DNA of 64,000 bases from an uncultured Pseudomonadota bacterium. GTDB taxonomy: Bacteria > Vulcanimicrobiota > Vulcanimicrobiia > Eremiobacterales > Eremiobacteraceae. Positions 61,853-64,000 of the stretch are shown piece after piece. Within the stretch, counting starts at the first letter, position 1. Each line of letters starts with the position of its first letter. The position numbers and the translations under genes are program-made. The notes beneath the pieces are model-generated. The model was not told the origin of the DNA, searched no databases, and was given only the letters and a program-made list of their open reading frames with translations. The stretch is from contig CAVTNB010000001.1 in NCBI GenBank assembly GCA_963736005.1, positions 1,952,001 through 2,016,000 on the forward strand. The letters run 5' to 3'.

Positions 61853-62260
61853 GTGGCGCGCCCCATCCGTATCCTTGTCGCCAAAGCAGGGCTCGACGGT
61901 CACGACCGCGGCGCCAAGGTGATCGCGCGTGCGCTGCGCGACGCGGGCTTCGAGGTGATCTACACCGGATTGCATCAAACGCCCGAGCAAGTCGTCGAGG
62001 CGGCGATCCAAGAGGACGTCGACGGCATCGGACTCTCGATCTTATCGGGCGCGCATCTGACGCTCTTCCCGCGCATCAAGCAGCTGCTCGACGAAGCGAA
62101 CGCCGGCGACATCGTGCTCTTCGGCGGCGGAACGATTCCCAATGAGGACATCCAGCCGCTGCTCGACGCGGGCGTGGCCGCCGTGTTTACCCCCGGCACG
62201 CCCATCGCGACCATCGTCGACTTCGTGCGCCGCGAATGCGGCAAACGGGTCGAAGCGTAA
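61853..62260 (+). CDS. Cobalamin-binding small subunit of acyl-CoA mutase (IcmB-like)
   Basis: [10 protein letters not shown] (DxHxxG) and SILSGAH motifs. Confidence 0.93.
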   Translation: MARPIRILVAKAGLDGHDRGAKVIARALRDAGFEVIYTGLHQTPEQVVEAAIQEDVDGIGLSILSGAHLTLFPRIKQLLDEANAGDIVLFGGGTIPNEDIQPLLDAGVAAVFTPGTPIATIVDFVRRECGKRVEA

Positions 62261-62274
62261 AGGGCAGCGGGTTC

Positions 62275-64000
<1,726 letters not shown>

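Overview
GC-rich bacterial chromosomal window, mostly housekeeping. It carries the end of a dcw cluster (ftsW-murG-murC-murB-ddl), CIRCE-controlled groESL, hsp20-lon, a pentose-phosphate operon (tkt, tal-pgi fusion, gnd, zwf, opcA, pgl), a selenocysteine-containing selD, infC-rpmI-rplT-trmH-yqzL-pheST-cvpA, cobO, a split B12 acyl-CoA mutase with isobutyryl-CoA-mutase-type residues, gltX and the start of glmU. The mix of TonB receptor, stalk-domain protein, CIRCE, YqzL and an L20-type leader suggests a diderm Terrabacteria lineage such as Eremiobacterota/Vulcanimicrobiota (inference only). Two accessory systems stand out. (1) An 11.4-kb tandem array of four class III nucleotide cyclase + STAND ATPase + TPR genes, with conserved catalytic halves, divergent TPR halves, an A-B-A-B/mosaic pattern and a 38-codon collapsed fifth copy. 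(2) A REP-associated tyrosine transposase (RAYT) flanked by inverted REPs, plus roughly 25 dispersed 25-bp GTAG palindromes of several sequence families with one shared geometry. Several of these palindromes are translated in-frame inside host proteins (GltX, OpcA, an ABC lipoprotein signal peptide) or supply stop codons. Many frameshifts in essential genes are probably sequencing/assembly errors.
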